Source: Nemertoderma westbladi
Taxonomy: Eukaryota > Animalia > Xenacoelomorpha
Length of the DNA stretch: 52,658 bases
Direction of reading: 5' to 3'
Assembly (NCBI GenBank): GCA_032718475.1
Contig: JAUCBJ010006048.1
Location: 1 to 52,658 of the forward strand
Part shown: in pieces, positions 1-11,600 of the stretch
Numbering within the stretch: the first letter of the stretch is position 1
Layout of the letters: every line of letters starts with the position of its first letter
Program-made: the position numbers and the translations under genes
Notes under the pieces: model-generated
Seen by the model: only the letters and a program-made list of their open reading frames with translations
Database searches by the model: none
What the model was told of the DNA's origin: nothing

Positions 1-186
1 ATAATTAGCAAGTAAATCGAAAGTGAATCAGCAGTATCAACCTTATATTTGTAGCCCCCAAAAATATGGGTCTAATGGATGGATGAACTTTCCCATTGAT
101 GACAACATTCACAAACTTCGATAGGGCTGCCAGGAAACGATTACTGACTTCTCCGAAACCGAAACTCGTTCCATCTTCAGAATTTC

Positions 187-320
187 ATCTCTGGAAATGG
201 ATTGTTTTCAGCTGGATCCCAGTTCAAGAAGCGAACTGGAAAGCTATGGACTCATAGTGGACCCAGTGGTCACAAGTCCCAGATAGACCATATTCTGTTT
301 CGTAGGAAGTACAGGAGCTC
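187..320 (+). pseudogene. Short fragment of RTE-like LINE APE endonuclease, inverted relative to the main copy
   Basis: Translates on + as ISGNGLFSAGSQFKKRTGKLWTHSGPSGHKSQIDHILFRRKYRS; near-identical reverse complement of 2284-2417. Confidence 0.85.
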
Positions 321-800
321 ATATAGATAGATTTATTTATACATTATGTAAAAACAATAAAAAATACACCAAACATGTACCGGTATAAAGGTATTGTCCA
401 ACATAACATATAGGATTACCCCTAAAACTTTGCAGCTTATTTCCAAGGGGGTCCTTTATGTTACTTGGTTACAAATACAATATTACACTACGCTAACCTA
501 AAACCAATATAAAACGTAATTACACTATGTACATAACTTTACCGAGAGCGTGACAATGCCCGACTCAACGATAAAGATGTAATGTACAGAACAATTTATT
601 ATAAAACGTAATTACAGTATAAATAGTAAATAATTAATAAACTAATAACTTACTGTAGGACTATTGTACCTTTTTATACATTGCACATATATATTTATAC
701 ATATACATTGTGAGATTTAACTGCAGATTTAAAAGAATGTTGATTATCTAGGTTTTTAATTTCATTAGGCAGAGCGTTCCAATTTTTAATTCCGTTAAAA
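321..800 (-). mobile_element. 5'-truncated 3' end of a CR1/L2-type LINE (ORF2 C-terminus plus 3' UTR)
   Basis: Minus strand 800->710 reads FNGIKNWNALPNEIKNLDNQHSFKSAVKSH (WNxLP motif of CR1/L2-group ORF2 C-termini), followed by an AT-rich UTR ending in AAATAAAT near 330. Confidence 0.65.
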
Positions 801-1691
801 AAGAAGCAGCATGTTCTAATGAGCTGAGGAGCCGTTGGCCTCCCTCTAGTGCTTCTGAGAGTACTCCTAAGTCATCAGCAAAGTCTAGATCAGTTAGGTA
901 CTTGGCAGGATTTCCTCGCCTTCTGGAGCCAGTAGGTGGAGTTATTATCACCCGATCATCATTATGATGATCTAAGGACAAAGGATATGCGTAGAACATA
1001 GCCAACAACAATTATGAACAAGAATGGTGCAAGTGTGTCTCCCTGGAGGATGCCCCATAACACTTCAAATGGTTCTGTGTCACCGTAAACAGTAGACACT
1101 TTCTTTTTTGATAACTCTTCAATTATCCTTCTAAGTGCCAAAATGGGCTCCATGGTCCCACGACCTTTACGGAACCCATTCTGATTTCCACAGAGCAGTC
1201 TCTCAATGGGATCCCTGATGCGATTTAATAGAATTCTATTGTATAGCTTTGCAGCAATCGAGATCAATGAGATTCCCCGAAAAGAACCATAGAGTATTAG
1301 GTTGTCCTTCTTGGGAACTGGCACCAACTTATTTGTTTTCATTTCTTGTGGGACTCTTGTTGTTTGGTACATTTTTTTGTCCTTCTTGGGAACTAGCACC
1401 AACTAATTTGTTTTCATTTCTTGTGGGACTCTTGTTGTTCGGTACATGTCTACTATGATGGGATAGGTGAGCTTTAATTAAACATTCAGGTATTTAAAGG
1501 ACCTCAGGGGGAACACCATCTACTCCACTGGCACGATTGGTCTTAATGCTCTTTGCAGCAGCCTTCACTTCAGCAAAGGAGATATCACAAATGGGAATAT
1601 CTGGGAGTACAGACTCAGACACTTTTACTTCTATAAAGTTATCAGGCAATACCCTGTCATTACTGAGGCGCCTGTCCAGTGGGCCTTCCAA
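801..1691 (-). pseudogene. LINE reverse transcriptase, disrupted
   Basis: ASGVDGVPPEVL, VPVPKKDNL, FRGISLISIAAKLYNRILLNRI, QNGFRKGR, GILQGDTLAPFLF, LDFADDL; frameshifts; the D-x-x-KAFD block is missing. Confidence 0.9.
1302..1447. repeat. 75-bp tandem duplication inside RT
   Basis: ttgtccttcttgggaact...ggtacat at 1302-1372 and 1377-1447. Confidence 0.9.
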
Positions 1692-2201
1692 CCATTGAGG
1701 TGATCGGCTGGTGATTCAGCCTTAACCTTGGTGGTTGGTTGGCTTTTTCGACCAGCAAGCAAGTTGATCGACCTCCATGCCTGGGATGATTGCCTGCTGT
1801 AGTCAGCATCATTGATGGCATCAACCTGTTGGTTTATTAGCTCCTGTAAATTTACAGAGTACTGCCTGTTCAGGGACCTAAATGCAGCCTTAACTGCATT
1901 CTTGGTCGCTGTAGTCTGTTTGAGTCGGGACTCTTTCTGCGCCTTGTAGAGGTCATTTCGGCACTTCTGAATTTTGTTGTCAGTCCAGGGGGCCCGTTTC
2001 CTGTTTCGAGGGTATACAGGAACTGTTTCTGCAGCTGCTAACTTAACTGCCTCTGTGAAGGCAGTATAGCCCTCACAGTGATCTGCCGCCTCAGAGGCAA
2101 GAACCTCATACCTGTTGCTCAGCTGTAGTGTGAAGCTGGATCTCAAGCAGGACCAGTCATGCCGCGGCAAGGCAGATTTCGTTGTTCTGCTAGCATGCAG
2201 A

Positions 2202-3320
2202 CTAAGGCATGCAGACCTTGGCCACAATAAGGCGGTGATCACTGCAGAAGGGTTGTAGTGTAAATGCATTACAGTCTTGTATAGAGCTCCTGTATTTCCT
2301 ACGAAACAGGATATGGTCTATCTGGGACTTGTGACCACTGGGTCCACTATGAGTCCATAGCTTTCCAGTTCGCTTCTTAAACTGGGTTCCAGCCGAGAAC
2401 AATCCATTTCCAGAGATCAAATCATGAAGATGGACGTAATTTCGGTTAACACTATTGCAATAGACCCAAGGCGATGTAGGTGATTGATGCAGACTTGCAT
2501 TAAAGTCTCCCAGGAATGTTAAGAATGCATGCTGATCCACTCCATCAGTAGCTGCTTGTAGATTCTGGTAGAAATTTTCCACCTCCTCTACAGGGGCAAC
2601 ACTAGTTGGAGAGTAGCACACAATCAGAACCACCTTAGGAAACTTCTTAGCCAGTCTTCCAGAACATGAGAAGCGGCAACGGATGATGCGGTTAGAGATT
2701 TGGTCTATTTTGTCCAATGCTGCATGTGCAGTTGGATTCATCAATAGACCAATTCCACCATTGCCACTATCATCTGCTGAAGCAAGGGCAAGTCGCCAAC
2801 TGCCCCCCATGTCCTTAATCAGAACTTCATCAGTCTGTCCAGTCTGCATTTGGTGCTCTTGAACACCCACTGCCCTAAGAGAAAGCTTATCTGCCAAGGT
2901 AGTCAGCTCACCTTGTCGCATTGGGGACCCGGGTGTTAGGGGGTTTACTGAGGCTAGTCTAGTGACTTGCCTCAGATTCACCAATGGCTTTGTTGGTCGG
3001 GGTGGAACATGAGAGTAGCCTCCAACTCCAGAATCCCTTTCCCCCTCACAATCTGGCCTCCCTGGTGACCCAGGGTTTGGGCCAGAAAGGTCATCAAGAA
3101 AGGGACTCAAATAATTGTTTGCCACTCTCTCTCCAGTAGGGGGTGACACAGGCAGCCGGTCAGGAGATAACTGACGCCTGTGAGGCCGATTGTGTCCAGT
3201 CATTCCACTGGCCTCTAGTGGCTGGACCTCCGCATTACTAATGTAATCCATAGTGGGGGTTGGGGGGTGCTTTTTTGCCGAGTCAGCGCTCAGGGCAAAT
3301 ACCACACCCTGGTTTGCCAT
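2202..3320 (-). pseudogene. LINE apurinic/apyrimidinic-like endonuclease (APE) domain
   Basis: Motifs VGVQEH, GGIGLLM, IVCYSPT, LGDFNA, QIDHIL, SDHRLIV. Confidence 0.92.
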
Positions 3321-3756
3321 TCCACAGGGTGGGTGTCGTAGTGGAGTCAGATATGAAGCCCATCACCCATATCTACTCTGGTGCACATGACCCACCATTG
3401 GCTGTGCAGCTCATCTGCTGAGTCATGCCCTGTACCCCTGCTGCCAGGTGCAGGTCGCAGTGAAGTGCACTCAGAGTGGACATGAGAACACTCTACTCCT
3501 GACCAGCCATTGGTAGATCACCATCTGCCTGGCCAGGCCATATACCCCTGCAGCCAAGTATATGGGTCCTTAATCCAGGACCAATGGCGTCCTTATCCCA
3601 GAACGAAGGAGGTCCTAGTTACAGGACCAGATTTGCCCTAGTAAGAGGGTCTATGCAGCTACAGGTGGCACCTCCTTTATGCTGCATGGAGGTGGCAAGT
3701 TTTCTTGTTCAATGACCTAGAATACCTGACCTGACCTGATGATGGGGTGATGGTAA

Positions 3757-3903
3757 CTCCACCTACTGGTTCCAGAAATAGAGGGAATCCTGCCAAGTAC
3801 CTAACTGATCTGACTTTGCTGATGACTTAGGAGTACTCTCAGAATCACTAGAGGGAGCCCAATGGGTGCTCTGCTCATTAGAACAGGCTGCTTCTAGTGT
3901 TGA
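3757..3903 (+). pseudogene. Inverted RT fragment of the same RTE-like family
   Basis: Reads PPTGSRNRGNPAKYLTDL/DFADDLGVLSESLEGAQWVLCSLEQAASSV; diverged reverse complement of ~802-942. Confidence 0.85.
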
Positions 3904-3987
3904 ATTTGGTTAAAATTATTGAAGGGGGGGGGGGCTGTCTCAGCTTCATTCCCCTGGGTGCCAGAAGGGCTGGCGCTACGCCTCTGC

Positions 3988-4710
3988 TTCAGCGCATGTA
4001 CAATAAATCAGTTCTTAAACTGATTATTGGGCCCATCGCTCCAAATAATAATTTTATTTACTTGATTGTTAGACCTCAGCTGTTCATCTAAAATGGAGCA
4101 TAAAGATACTATTGCAGTTTGTTTATCATGCACTATAGTGTCACTGCTGACGCAATAATTCTCAGGAGTAGAATCCTCTTTTCAAACACACCCAGTGAAT
4201 ACAGTAATCTGGTTCTGTGCCCAATGAGCACTTTAAATTTCTTTCTGATAGAAGCAAGTATAATTTTCGCTAAAATCAACTTGAAGCACAATGCAAGATT
4301 CGCATGCCATCATCGTTTTATCTCGGATATACTATTGTTCCTGCAATTGTTTTATATTATAGTGGGTCAAAAATTGTGGTATAAGTTTCAGAAACAGAGC
4401 TTTGATGTCATTGCGTCTTCCAGACTTTTCAAACTTCGCAATACGCTTTTCAACACGTTCCCATATAGGTTGGTTTGAATAGTCCCATATAGGATGTCTG
4501 GTTATTTTGGGAATAAGTTTGGTTCCATTCTTATAAGTATCGCAAGCATTATCAAAACAATCATCATTGACAGAGGAACTTTCTCACACCACATTTCTCA
4601 TACCTGGGATATTTTTTGATAATACAACTTCAGGAGGTCTCAATGATGCGAATTTACTGAATCCGACTTCATCATATGGATATTCCTCACAATACATGCT
4701 GTAAACCTAA
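3988..4710 (-). pseudogene. Sola-superfamily (Sola2-like) DDD transposase relic
   Basis: Manual minus-strand translation: VGFSKFASLRPPEV...VLQVDFSENYTCFYQKEI*SAHWAQNQITVFTGCV*...SDTIVHDK...IIIWSDGPNNQFKN*; several stops, absent from the ORF track. Confidence 0.68.
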
Positions 4711-4844
4711 ATATAATATCAATAAGTGTATATTAAGTGGAATTGACGTAGGGAAACACAACGAGAGTATAAAAGTAACGATAATCTTTAACTTCATATT
4801 AATATATTAAAGTACGTAAATACAATGAAATAATATGCATAAGT

Positions 4845-4885
4845 TTTAAACGTTTCGAATTTTACACAAACTCATCATCAGTAAT
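4845..4885 (-). ncRNA. Candidate minimal type-I hammerhead ribozyme (Penelope-associated type), probably degenerate
   Basis: Minus strand UUA-CUGAUGA-U-GAGUUU-gugua-AAAUUC-GAAAC-GUU-UAA: core boxes, 6-bp stem II, palindromic AACGUU stem III; downstream of a Penelope-like ORF on the same strand. Confidence 0.5.
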
Positions 4886-5310
4886 AATGTACAAAATTTA
4901 GCCTAAATGTTGCATACTGCAAGGTTTGAATTTATAAGGTTGCCGCCAAAAAATACATATTAAAAAGATGCTTCTAAGCTAATATATAAATCACCATCAG
5001 TACTTTGCAACAAGTATGTATGTAGTTTTATTTCAAAATTTTAACATTACGAAATGATTGTATATACATTATAAGTGATAGCAACTGCATATATTATATT
5101 ACTTGCTGTATAAATAAATGTAAAAATGGCATAAATTATGTTATAAATAAGTTAGCTTCTATTTATGGTGGCGTTTGGAGCCATGTTATAATAATATAGC
5201 TAGGCCCTACTGGTTATTAATAGCTTTAACCCGCCTACGAGTAGGTATTGCAGTAGGCCTATCTGGCTGTCAGGCAAATTTCCGCCTATGGTTTGTGTAC
5301 GTGGTATCCA

Positions 5311-5361
5311 ATGATGGCGTTAAGTAATGTCCCATTAGTGGACATTACTTAATGCCGTCAT
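5311..5361. repeat. Hairpin with 22-bp arms (2 mismatches) and 7-nt loop
   Basis: atgatggcgttaagtaatgtcc / ggacattacttaatgccgtcat. Confidence 0.8.
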
Positions 5362-5433
5362 GGGTTACAACGTAAACAATAATAACAAATACAATACTAT
5401 TTGTACGGGCCAATACAATGCTGTGGGGCGAGC

Positions 5434-5928
5434 CACGAAGTTGGCGGAGCCTTAGCGAATTGACACTGTTAGGGGGTGGGTCAATTTATGCAAATAGTTG
5501 TCGTCGTCGTTGTCGTCGTTGTCGTCGCCGTCGTCGTCGTCGTCGTTGTCGTCATCGTCGTCGTCGTCGTCGTTACGATTTTGACATGCTAATAACTTTG
5601 TCGGATTTAAAGCTGCCAAGTTGAAAATTTGTAGGTATCAATATGAGCAAAAGTTGAGATTTTTGAGAGACTTTCAGACACCATCAGTGCAATGGTCTCC
5701 CGCTAGAGGGCCACATGTCTAAACATTAAATGCCCTCCCATTTCTTTGCTTTTAATCCGTTTAAGCTGAAACTTGGCAGATATGTATTAGACCATTAGCT
5801 GTGACTTTCAAAGGAGGCGAATCCATCTGCAGTTCTCCAGTCTGCTGCTAGAGGGCCAACGTGACTATTTGCATAAATTGACCTACCCCCTAACAGTGTC
5901 AATTCGCTAAGGCTCTGCCAACTTCGTG
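5434..5928. mobile_element. Non-autonomous element with 65-bp inverted repeats and internal (GTC)n microsatellite (MITE or Helentron-HINE/DINE-1-like)
   Basis: Arms 5434-5498 and 5864-5928 match 63/65; (GTC)n at ~5500-5573; two internal subrepeats ending in gctagagggcca. Confidence 0.78.
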
Positions 5929-6199
5929 CTGCGCGAAGTCCCCACTTCGTGTAATGAATGTCCTCTAAAGTTGTAAAGTGCTAAATACTGTAACAACTCG
6001 TTGTTAATACTAACGGAGTTGAATAATGTTACAATTTTGGAATACAAATATTTACTTAATTATAGAAAGGGATGCTGAAGCTAATATATAGTAAATTTTA
6101 AAATCTAAAATTAATACTATCGGTCGATATGTAAGAGTTACAAATCTGTGTATAGGTTCATATTAGTGATTGCGTTGTGTTTGTTTAGGATAAACAAAC

Positions 6200-7655
6200 T
6201 ATCTATATTAGAGTGTGATAGTTAGAGAAGTTCTAGAGATATCAATTTAACTTTAGTATTTAAAGTGGGTTTGACCTCGAGAATTAGAAGGGCTTCTTTG
6301 ATTAGAGATTAGAATTGGGTGTTAGAAGAAGCAAGTATCGGTTTTAGTATCGGTTGGGTGGTCCTCAGTAAGTGAATGTTCTAGAAAATAATCTAGAAAT
6401 CTAGAAAAAGAAAGTAATTAAATGGTTTTACACGTTTGCCAGTTAGAGGAGATGTTGCCGTATGTTCACCTATGCAGGCACAAAATTGTCGGGTATTTTC
6501 ACCGATATAGGAAGCTGGGCAGCTTCCACATTTGTATAAATAAACTATAATGGACCACAGGTGAGTCAGCATCTTATCATTAACTGAAAACATGTGACCA
6601 ATCCTAATCACAGGTTTAAACACTACTTTTAGATCTGCATAGGGAAGGGAGATTATAAATAGTTTGAGGAGTCTATTTTTAATGAGTGTAGAGTGCATGC
6701 CAGTAGTACGATTACAAAGTTTGACGAGTTTTTTGCAAGTGTGTGTGGGAGGTTTATTGGTATTTATTTTATTTAGTAATTGTTCGGTGGCACCATTGAG
6801 TGTTCACTTGGATAACCATTGCTTAGTAATGTATTGTGTAATTCTAAAAGGTTTATGTGGAAAATTAACATGTTTGTACGAATCTGATACAGCCTATATG
6901 TGAGTGTATAAACGAGAGTAAATTCATAAGAAAACGCAAGGAAACTGTGAAAGCTAGTATGCTATGCAATCCTGTATATGTGGGTTTATGGTAAATGGGT
7001 GTGGTGATAGATAAATGATTGTTGATAGTAACAAGAACGTCCAAGAAAGATGTTTAGAATCGGTTTCGTGTTCACATGTGAAAGTTATGTTAGGGTGCTC
7101 TGTTTGTTGAGGTAGTCTAAAATTAGTACAGATTGTTCTTCATAATCAAAGATCATGATACAATCATCAATGTATATTTTGTATAATGTGGTGACGAAGA
7201 ACAGTTGTTTATCCAGTTAGTTTCGTGGTAGGCCATAAAGACGTTGGCTAGTGCCGGTCCTAGTGGTGAACCCATAGCAATTCCATCAATTTGCTTAAAA
7301 AGTTTGTTCAAAACAAACAGCACCAGAACATAACTTTCACATGTGAACATGAATGAAACCGATTCTAAACTATCTTTCTTGGACATTCTTGCTACTATCA
7401 ACAATAGTTTATCTATCACCACATCCATTTACCATAAACCCACATATACAGGATTGCATACTAGCTTTCACAGTTTTCTTCCATTTTATTATAAATTTAC
7501 AATTTACTCTCTTCTATAAACTCACATATATGCTGTATCGCATTTGTACAAACATGTTAATTTTCCACAGAAACATTTTAGAATTACACAATAGGTTACT
7601 AAGCAACGATTACCCAAAGAGTATACTCTTTGGAAGAGGGAACAATTTTTTGCAA
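6200..7655 (-). mobile_element. Degenerate Penelope-like retroelement (RT + GIY-YIG endonuclease) with inverted 5' segment
   Basis: QIDGIAMGSPLGPALANVFM (7153-7428), YIDD near 7165, HPNITFTCEHE near 7085, IVYLYKCGSCPASYIGENTRQF..IGEH (6393-6698), C-terminus IKEALLILEVKPTLN...LELL* near 6222-6303. Confidence 0.88.
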
Positions 7656-7808
7656 TATTCTCTCGACCCTTTATTAACCTCGCTATCGCTCAGTAAGTAA
7701 AATATTTCGCAAATAGTGAAAAAAGTTATACTTTTTTTCCCATATAATAAATAATTATTCGTAGTCACTCACATAAAACTTCCTGTTATCTATTTCGCCA
7801 CCGTCATA
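7655..7808. repeat. Dispersed ~150-bp repeat, copy 1 (probable transposon end)
   Basis: Diverged direct copy at 8531-8685; core ttattaacctcgctatcgctcagtaa. Confidence 0.7.
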
Positions 7809-8530
7809 AAGAATCCATCTGTCAAAAAAAGCGAATTAAGCGCGCTCGCTGCAAGAATATATAGATATAAAACAAGTATTGTATTAATTCTTTATATAAG
7901 TCTTTAATTGTTTTCCTTCATATAACTGATTAAATATGATTATACATTAGACTAGACGGGTATATATGATTATAGTACAATAGTCCAATAGAGTACAGTG
8001 AACATAAGCCAATGATATTTTCCTGTAGCACTATTTTGCTGTATTGTATGTACAGATGTAGGTATATGATTATAATCACACACACAATAAGGATTGATAA
8101 AATGGAAGCACAATTACTATGTGTACCACCACCATAAATATATAACAGAATTTACAACATAGATAATAACATAATGAAAAACAGTTAGAGGAGGAGGGGG
8201 GGGGGGGGGGGGGTGATAGAAAAGCTATTATTTACATGAGTTTACAAGGCACTGCAGGATCTGTGCATGCAAAATAAATTGTAATAAAGCAAATCGGTCA
8301 TTATTATTGTCATTACCTTTGTTATACACAGCGGCATAAAATGAATCTTATCAGTCAATAACACTGTAATAGGCACATGTTTTGTATAACTATTACCCAT
8401 ATAACATGATTATAACACTTATAAATATAACTATTATCCAGGTAAATAGAAGAGGTGCAGAAAATAAACAAATTATAGTAAAGTAAATACATAAATCAAT
8501 CAAAGAAAAAATGTAGAACACTTTTTTTTC

Positions 8531-8685
8531 AACATTCTCTCCACCCTTTATTAAACTCGCTGTCGCTCGGTAAATAAAATGCCACAAGAATAGTGAAAAA
8601 AGTTCTATTTTTTTCCCATATAATAAATAATTATTCTAACTTACTCGCATAAAACTTCCTGGAACTTATTTCGCCTCCTGTCACA
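8531..8685. repeat. Dispersed ~150-bp repeat, copy 2
   Basis: ttattaaactcgctgtcgctcggtaaataa...catataataaataattattc...cataaaacttcctg shared with 7655-7808. Confidence 0.7.
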
Positions 8686-11600
8686 GACAGATTCTTATGA
8701 TAAATAAATATTATAAAGTATCATGCAAATATTGCATATCTTAGTAGACAATAATATTTAATCTAATTTCGAGGACCTTATGGGGCTTACTGTAATAAGG
8801 TACATTGGCCGTGCCACCAAGCTTTGCCCATGTACCATAGCCTGCCAGAGTGCCCGCGCCATATGTAAGTAAGTAAAGTAAATCAATAATATCCAATAAA
8901 TTTTTCTAACACTAAACACTAAAATTAATTCAATTTCCGGTTCAGGTTGCAGAGGTTCAGGTTACAGAGGCTTTTATAACCAAAACAATATGTACCAGTA
9001 CTTCGAATCCTAATACCAATAAACAAAATAGTTATGAAAGATTGATTAAATGTAGTGAAAAAAAAATGCAATAAAAATAGTGGAAGAATGATTAATTTTA
9101 GTGGTCAAAAAATTAATTGTGAAAAAATAATAAACCTCTTTAGCGCACAGGCATTTCCGTGGTGAAAATGATAATGTCTTAATGGTAGACGTTGATTGTT
9201 GGTGGAGGGGGGTGGGGGCGGTGATGATTGCTTTTGGAGTGGTCTCCGACTGCATGGCTGTAGAAGAGCGCTGCTTCTTCTGCAGGCTTCAGCCAAGACT
9301 TCCCTCCATTCCCGGAAGCTACAGTTTTAAGATTATCCATTTTGTCATTAAATGTCACGATGACCATGTTCTCTTTATTCTTTATATGGTAGTCATGATA
9401 TTAGGATGTTACGGAAGGCTTTAGTTTATTTACCACCTATATTAAAAACTAACAAAAAAAACAATAAATAAGAAATGTACAGTAGGTCATAAAAAGTGTA
9501 CTTAATATCAGCTAACCTCTTTTGTGTACTTCAATGTCAATGTTCGACGATATCTCGTAAGTTTTGTACCTGTCAAATGTTCCACCTTCAGTTTTCCCTT
9601 GTGGTGATTCTTCTTTTGGCCCAGATATTTTTTCTAGTTCCAAAACTAGAAATGAGATGGATTGTGGAATTAATTGGTAGGGTCTGTCTCTTCAATAGAG
9701 TTAGTTTCTTTTTGTAATAGGACTGCTTGCTGCTGTCTTATGGCGCCACGGGCTTCCTTTCTAAAGAGTTAATTCCATGCCCAATGAAATCGTTTGTTTC
9801 TTATCTCACTGAGGCAAATGTATCCTCCTCCTGCTCGTGAATTCCAGATACAGAACATGCCTCTTCAGATACCACTATGTCGCTACCACTATGCTCACAG
9901 AAACCAGTATCAAGATTAACATCCTCTCCCCAGGCAGGAATATTGTAATCGGATTCACACAAGATGGACCAACAAGTTCACCATCAGAAGATTATGGGAA
10001 CTCTAATATACGGAAATGCGAGTTCCTACTGAACACAAACTGGTCGTCTATCGTCACTCCGTTGGTCGCTCCTAGCATCATAAAGAATAGCGCTTGAATA
10101 CCCAAGCAATTGGCTTAAGTCCGACATAATTCAAACTTGATTCGATTATAATATAAATGAATATTCACTAGTATTATAATATAATTATCCACATTGACTA
10201 CGGACTACTAAACAGACAAGACAAGTGCTAAAAAATAATAATAACAAATAGATAATCACAAATTTAAATATTTAAACTGAGTTTAATTAGACCTAACTCA
10301 ATTTCTAATCTACATGCCCCTGTAACCAGCTCCTTTACTAACCTGCATCATCTTGTAACACGTGTCACTTGTATCGTTTATTCTTTTGGTTTTATCTGCC
10401 CGCCTCTGTAACCTGCTCATTTACTAACCTACATAATCTAGTAACACATGTTAAGCTGTTAACTACCGTTTATTGTTTTGGTTCTATCAACATGCTGATT
10501 CGAAAGATGATAATTTTAAAATCTTGTAATTGTGGCTTTTTGAGATATTTGATTAATACTATTAAATAATTTTGTAATAAAGTTCATAAAGGGGTCAAGT
10601 ATAATTGCAGTTATTCAAGTTACTTTTTTACTCAGTTCATAAAGGTGTCAAGTATAATTGCTATGTTTCCAGTTACTTTTACTCAGTTCATAAAAATGTC
10701 AAGTATAATTGCTTTACTTCCAGTTACTTTTACTCAGTTCATAAAGGTATCAAGTATAATTGCAGTTATTCAAGTTACGTTTTTTACTCAGTTCATAAAG
10801 GTGTCAAGTATAATTGCTTTACTTCCAGTTACTTTTACTCAGTTCATAAAGGTATCAAGTATAATTGCAGTTATTCAAATTACTTTTCTACTCGGTTTAT
10901 AAAGGTGTCAAGTATAATTGCTTTACTTCCAGTTACTTTTACTCAGTTCATAAAGTTATCAAGTATAATTGCAGTTATTCAAGTTACGTTTTTTACTCTG
11001 TTCATAAAGGTGTCAAGTATAATTGCTTTACTTCCAGTTACTTTTACTCAGTTCATAATGGTGTCAAGTATAATTGCTTTGTTTCCAGTTACATTTACTC
11101 AGTTCATAAAGGTGTCACGTATAATTGCTTTACTTCCAGTTATTTTTATTCAGTTCATAAAGGTATCAAGTATAATTGCAGTTATTCAAATTGCTTTTCT
11201 ACTCAGTTCATAAAGGTGTCAAGTATAATTGCTTTACTTCCAGTTACTTTTACTCAGTTCATAAAGGTGTCAAGTATAATTGCTTTACTTCCAGTTACTT
11301 TTACTCAGTTCATAAAGTTATCAAGTATAATTGCAGTTATTCAAGTTACTTTTTTTACTCTGTTCATAAAGGTGTCAAGTATAATTGCTTTACTTCCAGT
11401 TACTTTTACTCAGTTCATAATGGTGTCAAGTATAATTGCTTTACTTCCAGTTACTTTTACTCAGTTCATAATGGTGTCAAGTATAATTGCTTTACTTCCA
11501 GTTACTTTTACTCAGTTCATAAAGGTATCAAGTATAATTGCAGTTATTCAAATTACTTTTCTACTCGGTTTATAAAGGTGTCAAGTATAATTGCTTTACT

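Larger units (their letters stand above)
801..3720 (-). mobile_element. Degenerate RTE-like non-LTR retrotransposon (APE + RT), 3'-truncated; 5' boundary approximate
   Basis: Colinear frameshifted ORFs 2202-3320, 1631-2269, 1494-1691, 962-1402 and 748-1011 carry APE then RT motifs; GC-richer than flanking DNA. Confidence 0.88.

Noticed and set aside
5418-5624. Arg/Cys-rich protamine-like ORF
   Set aside because: Translation of the (GTC)n microsatellite inside a TIR element
9046-10130. Short ORFs in a GC-richer patch
   Set aside because: Multiple stops and no recognisable motif; may be a decayed TE but cannot be assigned
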